64,000 nt of DNA, taken from Patescibacteria group bacterium. GTDB lineage: Bacteria > Patescibacteriota > Patescibacteriia > JAXHNJ01. Under the pieces are notes generated by a model. That model worked only from the letters and a program-made list of their open reading frames with translations. It searched no databases and had not been told where the DNA came from. The DNA lies in contig JAXHNJ010000001.1 of the NCBI GenBank assembly GCA_034520665.1, forward strand, positions 322,579 to 386,578. Direction: 5' to 3'. A program made the translations under genes and the position numbers. Below, one piece after another: positions 36,434 to 46,287 of this stretch; positions within the stretch are counted from its first letter, which is position 1; each line of letters begins with the position of its first letter.

Positions 36434-37357
36434 ATGGATAAAATAGAAAATAAAATAAAAAAAATTGCTTCAATAGAAATACAAGGCGCCACTAAAGTGG
36501 CCTTAACTTTTATATCAATTGTATTAGATTTAGCTTCTAAGGTAAAGAATAAAAATAAACTAATTAAAGAAATAAAAAGAATAGAAAAAAAGATATTAAA
36601 ACATCGTCCAACTGAACCCTTGTTGGCTAATTTTTCACATTTGATAATTGAAGCTTTAAAAAATTATAAAGAAGAAAAGAGTCTATATAATTATATTAAA
36701 AACCTGACTGATGATATTAAGAATTTCTATGAAGATAAAAAGAAGAAAATCATTAAAAATGGCAGTGCTCTAATAAAAAATGGGGAAAATATTTTTACCC
36801 ACTGTCACTCATCAAAAGTTGAAGGTATAATTTTTGAAGCTAAAAAAAAGGGAAAAAAGTTTAAGCTTTATCATACAGAAACCAGGCCTCTTTTTCAGGG
36901 AAGAATTACCGGACGGAATTTATTAAAACATAAAATAGATGTTAATATGGTCTGTGATTCAGCGGCTCCATTTTTAGTCAGTGACCACTCAGGAGATGAT
37001 ATTAAAATTACCAAAGTTTTTATTGGTTCTGATCTAATAGCTCTAAACGGGGATTGTGTCAATAAGATTGGTAGTTTTGGTATTGCTTTAACTGCTTGGG
37101 AATCTAAAATACCGCTATACGTAGCCGCTTCTTTACTCAAAATTGATACAGCTTCCAAAAATAAAATTTCCTACCCCATAGAAAAAAGAAAAGCCAGTGA
37201 AGTTTGGTCAGAGGCCCCAAAAGATTTAAATATTATTAACTATGCTTTTGATTTTGTCCCGGCTAAATTTATAACTGGTTATATTACCGAATTTGGCGTA
37301 ATTAAACCCGAACAGGTTAAAACAACAGTTAAAAATAATTATCAATGTTTATTTTAA
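36434..37357 (+). CDS. Ribose-1,5-bisphosphate isomerase (eIF-2B alpha/beta/delta family, e2b2)
   Basis: IF-2B family core (THCHSS...GIIFEAKKKGKKFKLYHTETRP...GSDLIALNGDCVNKIGS). Located directly upstream of the form III-like RuBisCO gene. Confidence 0.75.
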   Translation: MDKIENKIKKIASIEIQGATKVALTFISIVLDLASKVKNKNKLIKEIKRIEKKILKHRPTEPLLANFSHLIIEALKNYKEEKSLYNYIKNLTDDIKNFYEDKKKKIIKNGSALIKNGENIFTHCHSSKVEGIIFEAKKKGKKFKLYHTETRPLFQGRITGRNLLKHKIDVNMVCDSAAPFLVSDHSGDDIKITKVFIGSDLIALNGDCVNKIGSFGIALTAWESKIPLYVAASLLKIDTASKNKISYPIEKRKASEVWSEAPKDLNIINYAFDFVPAKFITGYITEFGVIKPEQVKTTVKNNYQCLF

Positions 37358-37364
37358 AAAAAAT

Positions 37365-38594
37365 ATGTATAATTTAGATTATATAAAACTAAATAAAAAA
37401 TACGATCAAAAAAATTATATTCATGCAGAATTTTATATGGAATCAACTCTTTCTGATAAACAAGCGGCCGCTGCTTTAGCCACAGAATCTTCTATTGGCA
37501 CTTGGACAAAGGTTTCTACTATGGAAAAAAAGAAGTTTAAAAAGCTAGCCGCGCGAGTTTATGAAATTAGCAAAAAATACAGTCGTATTAAGGTAGCCTA
37601 TCCTTTAGACTTATTTGAAAAAGGCAATATACCTCAACTCTTATCATCAGTAGCCGGCAACATTTACAGCCTTAAGGAAATTACTTCTTTGCGGCTGATA
37701 AATCTGCATTTTCCTCCCGCTTATATAAAATCTTTTCCCGGACCGGCCTTTGGCCAAAAAGGTATTAGAAAAGTAACCCAAGTTAAAAATAGGCCGCTGA
37801 TAGGAGTGATTATTAAACCTAAATTAGGACTTTCCCCAGCTCGTCATGCCCAGGTGGCCTATCAGGTTTTAAAAAACGGAGCTGATTTGGTTAAAGATGA
37901 TGAAAATTTGACTAATCAAAAATTTAATCCCTTTAAAAAGCGGGTTAAAAAGACGTTAGAAAAAGTTAAAAAAATAGAAAAAACCTCGGAAACTAAAAAA
38001 TTAGTCGCTTTTAACGTGACTGCTTCTACTCCTGAGATGATTGAACGAGCCAAGTTTGTAAAAAAACATGGTGGACGCTGTATAATGATCGATTTAGTAA
38101 CAGCTGGTTTTTCGGGGCTGCAGGCCCTGCGAGAAGCTAATTTAGGTTTAATTATTCATGGCCATAGAGCTATGCATTCTGCTTTTACCCGAGGTTCTCA
38201 GCATGGTCTGGATTATTATGTTTTAGCTAAACTAGCCCGCTTAGCTGGTATTGATGAGTTGCATTCAGGCACTATTGTTGGTAAAATGGCCGGTAATAAA
38301 GAAGAGGTTTTAAAAGTTAATAAATTTTTAAATGGACAGTTATACGGCCTTAAAAAAACAATGCCGGTTTCTTCAGGCGGGCTGCATCCGGGATTAGTAG
38401 AAAAATTAATAAAATTATTGGGACAGAATATAATTATAAATTTCGGCGGGGGAGTACACGGACATCCCGATGGTTCGGCTGAAGGTATGAAAGCAGCCTG
38501 GTCAGCTGTTAAGGCTGTTTCTTCTGGTCTCACTTTAAAAAAAGCCGCTAAAAAAAGTCCTTCTTTAAAAAAAGCCATTGAATTTTTTAAATAA
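37365..38594 (+). CDS. rbcL: RuBisCO large subunit, form III/II-III-like
   Basis: Catalytic VKDDENL (the KDDE carbamate/Mg site), GIDELHSG, and a GGG loop. 409 aa, consistent with the short archaeal/CPR form III. Confidence 0.85.
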   Translation: MYNLDYIKLNKKYDQKNYIHAEFYMESTLSDKQAAAALATESSIGTWTKVSTMEKKKFKKLAARVYEISKKYSRIKVAYPLDLFEKGNIPQLLSSVAGNIYSLKEITSLRLINLHFPPAYIKSFPGPAFGQKGIRKVTQVKNRPLIGVIIKPKLGLSPARHAQVAYQVLKNGADLVKDDENLTNQKFNPFKKRVKKTLEKVKKIEKTSETKKLVAFNVTASTPEMIERAKFVKKHGGRCIMIDLVTAGFSGLQALREANLGLIIHGHRAMHSAFTRGSQHGLDYYVLAKLARLAGIDELHSGTIVGKMAGNKEEVLKVNKFLNGQLYGLKKTMPVSSGGLHPGLVEKLIKLLGQNIIINFGGGVHGHPDGSAEGMKAAWSAVKAVSSGLTLKKAAKKSPSLKKAIEFFK

Positions 38595-38600
38595 AAAATA

Positions 38601-40097
38601 ATGTCATTTTTTCTAAAAGCTAAAAGATTTGATTTTTCTACTGGAGATGTCCCGGTGGCAGTTTTGAATGAAGAAGACGCCAAGTCTTTTGGTATTAGGC
38701 CAGGGGATAGGATTGAATTAAAATGGAAAAATAAAACAGCTATATTAAATGTTGACACCACTCAGAAAATGGTGAAAAGTGGTGTTATTGGTTTGTTTGA
38801 AGAAGCTGTCCATTTGACAAAAATAAGAAATGGTCAAGTAGTCTATTTTGAAATATTTGATCCGCCTACTTCGATAAAAGCCATTAAAAAAAAGCTTAAA
38901 GGCCAGTCTTTAAGTTATCATGAAACTTATAGTATTATTCGTGATTTAATAAAAGGTCGCATTAGTGACCAAGAATTAGCTTTTTATGTAGCCTCAAGTT
39001 TTACTCATGAAATGAAGAACCAGGAACTCTATAATTTAACCAAAGCCATGGTGGATACGGGCAAACAGCTTAATTTTAAGGGCCGTCTAGTGGCTGATAA
39101 GCACTGTGTTGGTGGTCTCCCCGGCAATCGCACGACCATGATTATTGTGCCTATTTTAGCTTCGTTAGACGTAGATATTCCCAAAACTTCTTCACGGGCT
39201 ATTACTTCACCAGCTGGTACAGCCGATACTATGGAAATATTAGCGCCGGTTGAATTTAACTTAAAGCAAATTAAGAAGATAGTTAATAAATACAATGGCT
39301 GCATTGTTTGGGGCGGCGCTACTTTTATTGCTCCGGCCGATGATATTATTGTTAGATTAACTAAAAAGATATCCTTAGAGCCATTATCCAAAATGATAGT
39401 TTCCGTTATGGCTAAAAAAGTAGCCATGGGCATTGACTATCTTTTGATTGACATTCCTTACGGACGAACCGCAAAAATAAAAAGTTTAAAACAAGCCAAA
39501 AAAGTGGCCCGTAAATTTAAATGGCTCGGTCGGAAATTTGGTATTAAGATAGTTTTTACTATTTTATCGGCTAAAGAGCCAATTGGTAACGGTATTGGCC
39601 CGGCTTTAGAAGCTAGAGATGTTATCAGGGTCTTGCAAAGAAAGGATAAAAGACCTCTTGATTTAGAAAATAAAGCTCTTCATCTCTCTGGTAAACTTTT
39701 GGAGCTATGCGGACGGGCCAAGAAAAATAAAGGGGAAACTTTAGCCAAAAACGCCCTTAAAACCGGCCGCGCTTGGCGAAAAATGAAGGAAATTATTAAG
39801 GCTCAAGGTGGTAATCCTAATATTGATTCAGAAGATATTACAGTTGGCGCTTCCAGAGCCCGTATATTTGCTAAAAAGGCCGGTAAAATCACTTTTGTTA
39901 ATAACCGGGCTATTGATGAAGTAGCTCGTTCTCTAGGGGCCCCTCATGATAAATTAGCAGGAATTCGTCTTCATAAGAAATTAAATCAAAAAGTAGAAAA
40001 GAAGGATAAGTTAATGACTCTTTATGGCCGTAATAAAGCCAGATTGACTTTAGGTAAAAAAGCTCTGAAACGAGTAGATATTTTTAGCATTAAATAA
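38601..40097 (+). CDS. AMP phosphorylase (thymidine phosphorylase family, DeoA-like)
   Basis: N-terminal AMPpase-specific domain (FDFSTGDVPVAVLNEEDAKSFGIRPGDRIEL) plus a glycosyl-transferase family 3 core. Third gene of the e2b2-rbcL-deoA pathway. Confidence 0.8.
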   Translation: MSFFLKAKRFDFSTGDVPVAVLNEEDAKSFGIRPGDRIELKWKNKTAILNVDTTQKMVKSGVIGLFEEAVHLTKIRNGQVVYFEIFDPPTSIKAIKKKLKGQSLSYHETYSIIRDLIKGRISDQELAFYVASSFTHEMKNQELYNLTKAMVDTGKQLNFKGRLVADKHCVGGLPGNRTTMIIVPILASLDVDIPKTSSRAITSPAGTADTMEILAPVEFNLKQIKKIVNKYNGCIVWGGATFIAPADDIIVRLTKKISLEPLSKMIVSVMAKKVAMGIDYLLIDIPYGRTAKIKSLKQAKKVARKFKWLGRKFGIKIVFTILSAKEPIGNGIGPALEARDVIRVLQRKDKRPLDLENKALHLSGKLLELCGRAKKNKGETLAKNALKTGRAWRKMKEIIKAQGGNPNIDSEDITVGASRARIFAKKAGKITFVNNRAIDEVARSLGAPHDKLAGIRLHKKLNQKVEKKDKLMTLYGRNKARLTLGKKALKRVDIFSIK

Positions 40098-40101
40098 CTT
40101 T

Positions 40102-41601
40102 ATGCCTTTTATATCTGATTATAAAAAATACAGAATTTTAGAAATTATCCCGGGTTTTCTTGTCTGGGGTACATTTATTTTAGCAGTAGTTTTATCATTT
40201 ATAGCTCCTCTTTATGTTATCTATTTTATTATACTTTTCGATCTTTATTGGCTGATTCGCGTTATTTATATTTTAGTCTATTTACTGATGGCCTATAAGC
40301 GTTTTTGTCAGGCCAAGAAAGTAAATTGGATAAAAAAATGCCAAAAATTAAAAGGTTGGCAAGATGTTATTCATCTGGTTTTTATTCCTACTTATAAAGA
40401 TGATATTAATGTTATTCGTACTACTTTAAAATACTTAGCCCGTGTTTCCTTTCCTTTGGATAAATTTTATATTATTTTAGCTTGTGAAGAAAATGAAGGC
40501 GAGAAGGCCTTGCCAAAGGCTAATAAATTAAAAGATGAATTTGGCGAGTTATTTAATAAATTTGTTATCACTTATCATCCAAAAAATGTTCCCGGGGAAA
40601 TGCCCGGTAAGGGCTCAAACATCGCTTATGCTGGGAAAGAAGTAAAAAAAATTATTGATCAAAAAAATATTAGTTATAAAAATATAATTGTTTCCTCTTT
40701 TGATGTGGATACCTGTGTTCACCGGCAATATTTTTCTTATTTAACCTATTCTTATTTAACCGATCCTAATCCGACAAGAAAAAGCTATCAGCCGATACCT
40801 TTGTTTAATAATAATATTTGGGATTCACCAGCTTTAACTCGTGTGGCTTCTAATTCTACTACTTTTTGGCTTTTGTCAGAAACTATCCGGCCTGACCGAT
40901 TATTTACTTTTTCCTCTCACAGTATGAGTTTTAAAGCCTTGGTTGATGTTGGTTTTTGGCAGTCGGATATTGTGACTGAAGACTCGCGTATATTTGTTCA
41001 AGGTTTAATTAGATATAATGGCCATTATAAGGTCAAACCAATGTATATTCCAATTTCCATGGATACGGTTTTGGGTCACAATTTTTGGGAGAGTATGAAA
41101 AATCTTTATAAGCAACAAAGACGTTGGGCCTATGGAGTAGAAAATTTTCCATTTATGTTTTGGAATTTTTGGGGTAATAAACAAATAAAATTAGGCTCTA
41201 AGATAAAATATATTTGGAATCAACTTGAGGGGGTTTATTCTTGGGCTACGGCTCCTATTCTTATTTTTGTTCTAGGACATTTACCAATCTGGGTAATTAA
41301 TAATTTTGAAAGACCTCAAATGTATACCATGGTGGCCCAAAATACTCCTTATATACTGCGTCTATTAATGACCAGTGCTATGATTGGTCTCTTTGTTTCG
41401 GCTATTATAAGTTTAGTTATTTTGCCGCCAAAACCAAAAAAGAAATCATCTTGGCGTTACCCTTTGATGTTATTGCAATGGATTCTTTTTCCTTTTTCTA
41501 TGATTATTTTTGGCAGTCTACCAGCCACTGATGCTCAAACACGTCTAATGTTGGGTAAGTATCTCGGTTTTCAAGCCACTAAAAAAGTGAGAAAGAATTA
41601 G
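40102..41601 (+). CDS. Integral-membrane GT2-like glycosyltransferase family protein
   Basis: N-terminal TM pair, a central region with FIPTYKDD and FDVDT (DxD-like), and a C-terminal multi-TM domain. The assignment is tentative. Confidence 0.4.
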   Translation: MPFISDYKKYRILEIIPGFLVWGTFILAVVLSFIAPLYVIYFIILFDLYWLIRVIYILVYLLMAYKRFCQAKKVNWIKKCQKLKGWQDVIHLVFIPTYKDDINVIRTTLKYLARVSFPLDKFYIILACEENEGEKALPKANKLKDEFGELFNKFVITYHPKNVPGEMPGKGSNIAYAGKEVKKIIDQKNISYKNIIVSSFDVDTCVHRQYFSYLTYSYLTDPNPTRKSYQPIPLFNNNIWDSPALTRVASNSTTFWLLSETIRPDRLFTFSSHSMSFKALVDVGFWQSDIVTEDSRIFVQGLIRYNGHYKVKPMYIPISMDTVLGHNFWESMKNLYKQQRRWAYGVENFPFMFWNFWGNKQIKLGSKIKYIWNQLEGVYSWATAPILIFVLGHLPIWVINNFERPQMYTMVAQNTPYILRLLMTSAMIGLFVSAIISLVILPPKPKKKSSWRYPLMLLQWILFPFSMIIFGSLPATDAQTRLMLGKYLGFQATKKVRKN

Positions 41602-42554
41602 TTAAGGTATACCCCGTCAAATTCTTTTTGGCCGTTTATAAATTCAGAGGCAGTCAAAGCTTTTTTACCAGCTAGCTGAATTTTCTTTATTTCAAAAAGA
41701 TTAGTGTCGGTGGTGACTAAAATTTTGTTTTTTTTATAAAAGAGATAGCCTGGTTTTTTTGAGCTAGCTTGGCCAGTAGTTTGGCCTTCTTTTATTTTAA
41801 TTAAATTATTTTGGTAATAGGTAAAAGCACCAGGCCAGGGATTAAAGGCTCGAACTTTACTTTCAATTTTTTTTGCTGATTTTGACCAGTTAATACGTCC
41901 ATCTTCTTTTTTTAAAACCTTGGTATAAGTAGCTTGGCTCTCGTCTTGTTTTTTTAAATTAATATTATAGGAAAAATAGTCCGGTAAAGTGTTAACTAGA
42001 AGTTGGGCTCCTTCTTGGGCTAACTTATCATGAAGAGTAGATAAATTATCTTTTTTTTGAATATCTATTTCCAGCTGACTGACAACCGGTCCGGTGTCCA
42101 TATGTTCGTCCATTTTCATAATGGTGACTCCAGTTTTTTTATCTCCATTTAAAAGAGCATAATGAATGGGTGAGGCGCCACGGTATCTGGGCAACAGAGA
42201 AGCATGAAGATTTAAAGTGCCAAACATCGGTAAATCGATAATCTTTTTTGGCAGTATTTTACCAAAGGCTACCACTACAAAAAGAGCCGGCTTTATCTCT
42301 TTTAGCTCTTTAAGAAAGTCAGGACTATTTATTTTGGTGGGTTGTAATATTTTGAGGTTATGCTTTTGAGCTAATTTTTTGACCGGTGAAAATCTAAACT
42401 TTAAATGCCGACCCCTTGGTTTATCAGGCCGGGTGACACAGGCGATAACCTGATAATTATTTCTTATTAATGATTTTAGAGAGGGAACTGCAAATTCAGG
42501 AGTACCAAAAAATACAACTTTAAATTTTTCTTTCATTCTTTGTTTTTGAGACAT
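41598..42554 (-). CDS. fmt: Methionyl-tRNA formyltransferase
   Basis: VVFFGTPEFAVPSLKSL N-terminus, the formyl-transferase SLLP..RG motif, and a C-terminal domain. Forms an operon with def. Confidence 0.85.
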   Translation of the reverse strand: MSQKQRMKEKFKVVFFGTPEFAVPSLKSLIRNNYQVIACVTRPDKPRGRHLKFRFSPVKKLAQKHNLKILQPTKINSPDFLKELKEIKPALFVVVAFGKILPKKIIDLPMFGTLNLHASLLPRYRGASPIHYALLNGDKKTGVTIMKMDEHMDTGPVVSQLEIDIQKKDNLSTLHDKLAQEGAQLLVNTLPDYFSYNINLKKQDESQATYTKVLKKEDGRINWSKSAKKIESKVRAFNPWPGAFTYYQNNLIKIKEGQTTGQASSKKPGYLFYKKNKILVTTDTNLFEIKKIQLAGKKALTASEFINGQKEFDGVYLN

Positions 42555-42999
42555 TTTTTTCTATTTTATCAATAAAAAGAATTCCGTTTAAATGATCCAC
42601 TTCATGCTGAATTACTCGGGCCAATAAACCCTTAGCTTTAAATTTTATAGATTTATTTTTTAAATTCTTAGCTTTCACTATTATACTTTTATGTCTTTTA
42701 ACCGGGCCGAACACTCCTGGAATAGAAAGACAGCCTTCTTCAGCCATGTTTTTTAGCCAGGATTTTTTTGTAATTTTAGGGTTTATTAGTATAAGATCAC
42801 CGTCTTTATTCTTCACACAAATTAACCTCTTAGATAGACCGACTTGAGGGGCCGCCAAACCAATACCATTCTCTTGATTCATAGTTTTAGTCATATTCTG
42901 GGCCAGTTTTTGTATATCTTTTTTTTGAGGATTTTTTATGGGTTCAGCTTTTTGGCGTAATATTTTATCACCCTTTAACCTAATATTTAGTTTTGTCAT
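42520..42999 (-). CDS. def: Peptide deformylase
   Basis: The three PDF motifs GIGLAAPQVG, EGCLSIPG and HEVDHLNG. Confidence 0.85.
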   Translation of the reverse strand: MTKLNIRLKGDKILRQKAEPIKNPQKKDIQKLAQNMTKTMNQENGIGLAAPQVGLSKRLICVKNKDGDLILINPKITKKSWLKNMAEEGCLSIPGVFGPVKRHKSIIVKAKNLKNKSIKFKAKGLLARVIQHEVDHLNGILFIDKIEKNVSKTKNERKI

Positions 43000-43065
43000 G
43001 CTATTGGTAAGCTTATTTTTAAGTAAAAATTATTATAACATTTTTATAGATGTTAGACAATTCTC

Positions 43066-44946
43066 TTATAATAAATTCTCAGGATTGCGGTCGATAAGCC
43101 AATGGTCAGGAACTAATTTAATAATTGATTGTAATTTTTTATGCTTAATATTTTTTGGAAGTTTTAAAATTATATTGTAAAAATAACGATCAAACCTTTT
43201 TAGTCTAAAAGCCGGCAGAGGCGGGGAAAGACTGAGAGAAGAGAATTTATTTGATATTTTATGATGTATATCAAGAGCTTCTTTTTTAGCCTGATAAGGA
43301 CTTTGTGCCTGAGAGGAAAGCTTAATAAGCTGACTATAAGGCGGGTAGTTGAGCAATTTACGATTTTTTAATTCCTGGCGGAAAAAATTTTCATAACGGT
43401 TAGGAAAATATTTAAATGATGAATTTTTAGCTGAATAAGTTTGGATTATAAAATCGGCCTGATTGTATCTGGCCAAGCAGTTGAGATTAAAGAGTAATTG
43501 AAAAGTTTTTTCACTGGAGCGATAATCTGGTAAATTAAGAATTTGGTCAGCGTTTACAAGGACAATTAATCCAAATTTGTTTTTTATAAATCGACTTAAA
43601 GCTATAAAGGTAGAAATAACAATTTCAGATTTTTTTAAATATTGGGATGTTTCAGACTGACTGCTTATTTTTGTAATTTTAACTTTTGGAAAGAGATTAG
43701 ATATTTCTTCAAAGATTTTCTCCTGGCCTAGACCCAGACTGGATATTTCAGCCGATCCACAATTAGGGCATTTTAATATCATTTTTCTTTGAAAACCACA
43801 GCGGTGGCAGAGGAGATAATACCCGGAAGATTTTTTATGTTGGGTCAAAGGTATTTGGCAGTCCGGGCAATTAGCTGTATAGCCGCAGTCGCGGCAAACT
43901 GAAGTGCGGGAAAATCCTTTACGGTTGTTTAAAAGCAGAATTTTTTTCTTATCGTTTAGTTTATTTTCTATTTCATTTTTAAGGAAGATTGAGAGAAAGG
44001 ATTTTCCGCCTCTATTAGAACGAGTTAAATCAACTAGAGTTGATTTTGGCTTAGCCTTTTCTTTACTTTTATATAATTTGTAACGGCCTTTTTTAGCTTG
44101 AAAATAAGTGGTTATATTAGGACAAGCTGAGGTTAAGATTAGCCTGGTTTTATAAAGAGAAAATATCTTTTCGGCCACTATTTTATTATGGAAGCGAGGA
44201 TTTTGGTCATATTGTTTGTGATTTTTATTATCTTCCTCATCAATAACCACGGTCTTTAAATTTTTATAAGGAAGAAAAAAGGCCAGAGAAGTGCCCAGGA
44301 TAACTTTAATTTTGCCTTGGGCCACTTTTTCATAAATATGATAGAGCTGACTGTCAGAAAGTTGATGATTAATAATAGCTGTCTTTTTTCTCCAAGTTTT
44401 ATTTAAGTATTGATAAAAATTATAAATATCCGGAATTTGGGGAAAGACAATAAGCGTTTGGTTTTTATCTTCTTTTATTAAATTAAGATAAAGCTTATAT
44501 TTTTCTTCCATTTGCTTATATTCGAAAAGAGCTTTTTTATTTTTTATCGAGGAGGAAATATCAAGTTTGGTCTTTTTTATTTTTTTATATTTTATTTCCG
44601 CACCTTTTTTACTGGCCGGGCGAGGCCTTTTTAAAAGCGGGGGGATTATTTTTTTTATTATTAGTGAAAGAGAAACAAAATAATATTGAGAAATAAATTT
44701 TGCCAGTTTAATTTGGTTTTTATTAATAACTGGTTTATCAATAATAATATTTAAAATAGCCCTCACCTTTTTAAAGTTAGAAGTTTTTTTAAAATTAATA
44801 ACTATTCCTTTTATTTTTTGACGTCGGAAAGGTATTAAAACAACCTGCCCAATTTTTATTTTTTTAGATAATTTTTTGGGTACTTTATAATCAAAATAGT
44901 CGATAGATTTAGGTAATTTTCTTAAAGGAATAATTTGAGCGAACAT
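43066..44946 (-). CDS. priA: Primosomal protein N' (PriA)-like, apparently lacking the Walker A P-loop
   Basis: N-terminal 3'-DNA-binding domain (IPLRKLP...YFDYKVP), helicase motif II (TVVIDEEDN), and a Cys4-Cys4 zinc-binding insertion (CRDCGY..CPDC...CHRCGF...CPNCGS). No GxGKT motif was found where PriA normally has GSGKTEVY. Confidence 0.7.
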   Translation of the reverse strand: MFAQIIPLRKLPKSIDYFDYKVPKKLSKKIKIGQVVLIPFRRQKIKGIVINFKKTSNFKKVRAILNIIIDKPVINKNQIKLAKFISQYYFVSLSLIIKKIIPPLLKRPRPASKKGAEIKYKKIKKTKLDISSSIKNKKALFEYKQMEEKYKLYLNLIKEDKNQTLIVFPQIPDIYNFYQYLNKTWRKKTAIINHQLSDSQLYHIYEKVAQGKIKVILGTSLAFFLPYKNLKTVVIDEEDNKNHKQYDQNPRFHNKIVAEKIFSLYKTRLILTSACPNITTYFQAKKGRYKLYKSKEKAKPKSTLVDLTRSNRGGKSFLSIFLKNEIENKLNDKKKILLLNNRKGFSRTSVCRDCGYTANCPDCQIPLTQHKKSSGYYLLCHRCGFQRKMILKCPNCGSAEISSLGLGQEKIFEEISNLFPKVKITKISSQSETSQYLKKSEIVISTFIALSRFIKNKFGLIVLVNADQILNLPDYRSSEKTFQLLFNLNCLARYNQADFIIQTYSAKNSSFKYFPNRYENFFRQELKNRKLLNYPPYSQLIKLSSQAQSPYQAKKEALDIHHKISNKFSSLSLSPPLPAFRLKRFDRYFYNIILKLPKNIKHKKLQSIIKLVPDHWLIDRNPENLL

Positions 44947-44954
44947 ATTTTTGT

Positions 44955-45476
44955 TTATTGATGTCTGGTTACTGTAAAACGATAAATTTGATAATTATTC
45001 TCTTCCGGACTAAAACCGGCCTTTTGGCCGGCTACAGATAATTGCTCTTGCCTGGTCTTAATACCTGCTATATCTGGTAAAAGCAGTCCGACTTGACCTA
45101 ATTTATTTTTAACTATAATCCCATATTTTTGCGGATCAAGCTCTTTTTTTGACTTAACTAATTGGGGTGGATTTAGCACATCCACTTTTATTTTAAGATT
45201 ATCAAGCTCATCTTTTTTAAGAGCCGGAAAGCGAGGGTCAGAAAAAGCGGCCGCTCTGGCGTTATCAATAATTTCCTGAGCTAGATTATCTTTAGTCGGC
45301 AAAAAAGTGCCAATGCAGCCTCTTAAATGGCCGCTGTCTTTTTTATGCAGAGAGACAAAAACACCGGCTCTTTTTTGAGTCATTTCTTGAGGTAGTTTTT
45401 TGACTTCAACTTTCAAGGTTTGGCCGGCTAAATGTGATTTTATACTTTTTTTAGCTAGTTTAATATACTGGTCCAT
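44955..45476 (-). CDS. AMMECR1 domain protein (AmmeMemoRadiSam system protein A-like)
   Basis: Conserved LRGCIGTF and the overall AMMECR1 length. Confidence 0.7.
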   Translation of the reverse strand: MDQYIKLAKKSIKSHLAGQTLKVEVKKLPQEMTQKRAGVFVSLHKKDSGHLRGCIGTFLPTKDNLAQEIIDNARAAAFSDPRFPALKKDELDNLKIKVDVLNPPQLVKSKKELDPQKYGIIVKNKLGQVGLLLPDIAGIKTRQEQLSVAGQKAGFSPEENNYQIYRFTVTRHQ

Positions 45477-45573
45477 AACTGAATTTTATCATCTTTATCC
45501 TTTTAAATAAAGGATTTTATTTAATAAAAAAACTCCAGTTTATTATAATAAGGAGTCTTTTTTATAGAATAAT

Positions 45574-46257
45574 TTAAGCGTGTTTTTTTAGAAATTTCTT
45601 AGAGTAAGTGTATTGTTGGTTTACCAGTTTTTTAAGAAAAGATAGACTTGGCACTTGGCTAATTTTATCAAGCAGAGTATTAAAGGCTGGATAAGAAACC
45701 CAAATACCTAAAGCAAACAATCCTCTTTCAATAGCCACGATGGGGATTAAGCTAATCCAGACAGCTGAGGGTAGATTAAAGGCGTAGAGAAAAATAACTG
45801 AACCAATAGCATGAGCGGTAAAGGTAGCGCCCAAGGCATTAGCTAAGAGTCTTTGTTTTTTAAATATGGACACGACAGGGATAAGCCAATAAAGGGCGTA
45901 AAACCAGGCTCCGCGACCTTGCGGATGAACTATAAAAAGAATCATACAAATTAAAGGTATGAGCGCATTTTTTTTGGTTTTAGTTCCTAAATAAACAGCG
46001 GCCATAATCATCGGTAAAAACCTTAAAAGAGAAAGCCAGGTGAGATTTTGGCCACCGATTAAAATATTATAAAATTTTACCACAAAAACACTAATAGCCC
46101 CGTAAAGCGGTCCTAAGAAAAGACCGGTGGTCGGCCCCATATAATCAAAAAGAGTAAAGCTTTGCTTAGAGCCGATAATATTGGCCAGGGGGATTTGCAG
46201 AGCTATTAGGCCAAGTATAATAAAGCCAATTAAAAAGTAAATATTTTTTTTAGGCAT
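45574..46257 (-). CDS. Integral membrane protein (6-7 TM helices; possible ECF-type substrate-binding component)
   Basis: Hydrophobic 227-aa ORF within the same minus-strand operon. Confidence 0.35.
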   Translation of the reverse strand: MPKKNIYFLIGFIILGLIALQIPLANIIGSKQSFTLFDYMGPTTGLFLGPLYGAISVFVVKFYNILIGGQNLTWLSLLRFLPMIMAAVYLGTKTKKNALIPLICMILFIVHPQGRGAWFYALYWLIPVVSIFKKQRLLANALGATFTAHAIGSVIFLYAFNLPSAVWISLIPIVAIERGLFALGIWVSYPAFNTLLDKISQVPSLSFLKKLVNQQYTYSKKFLKKHA

Positions 46258-46287
46258 ATGTTTTTCTTTTTTAATAATTACTTTATA

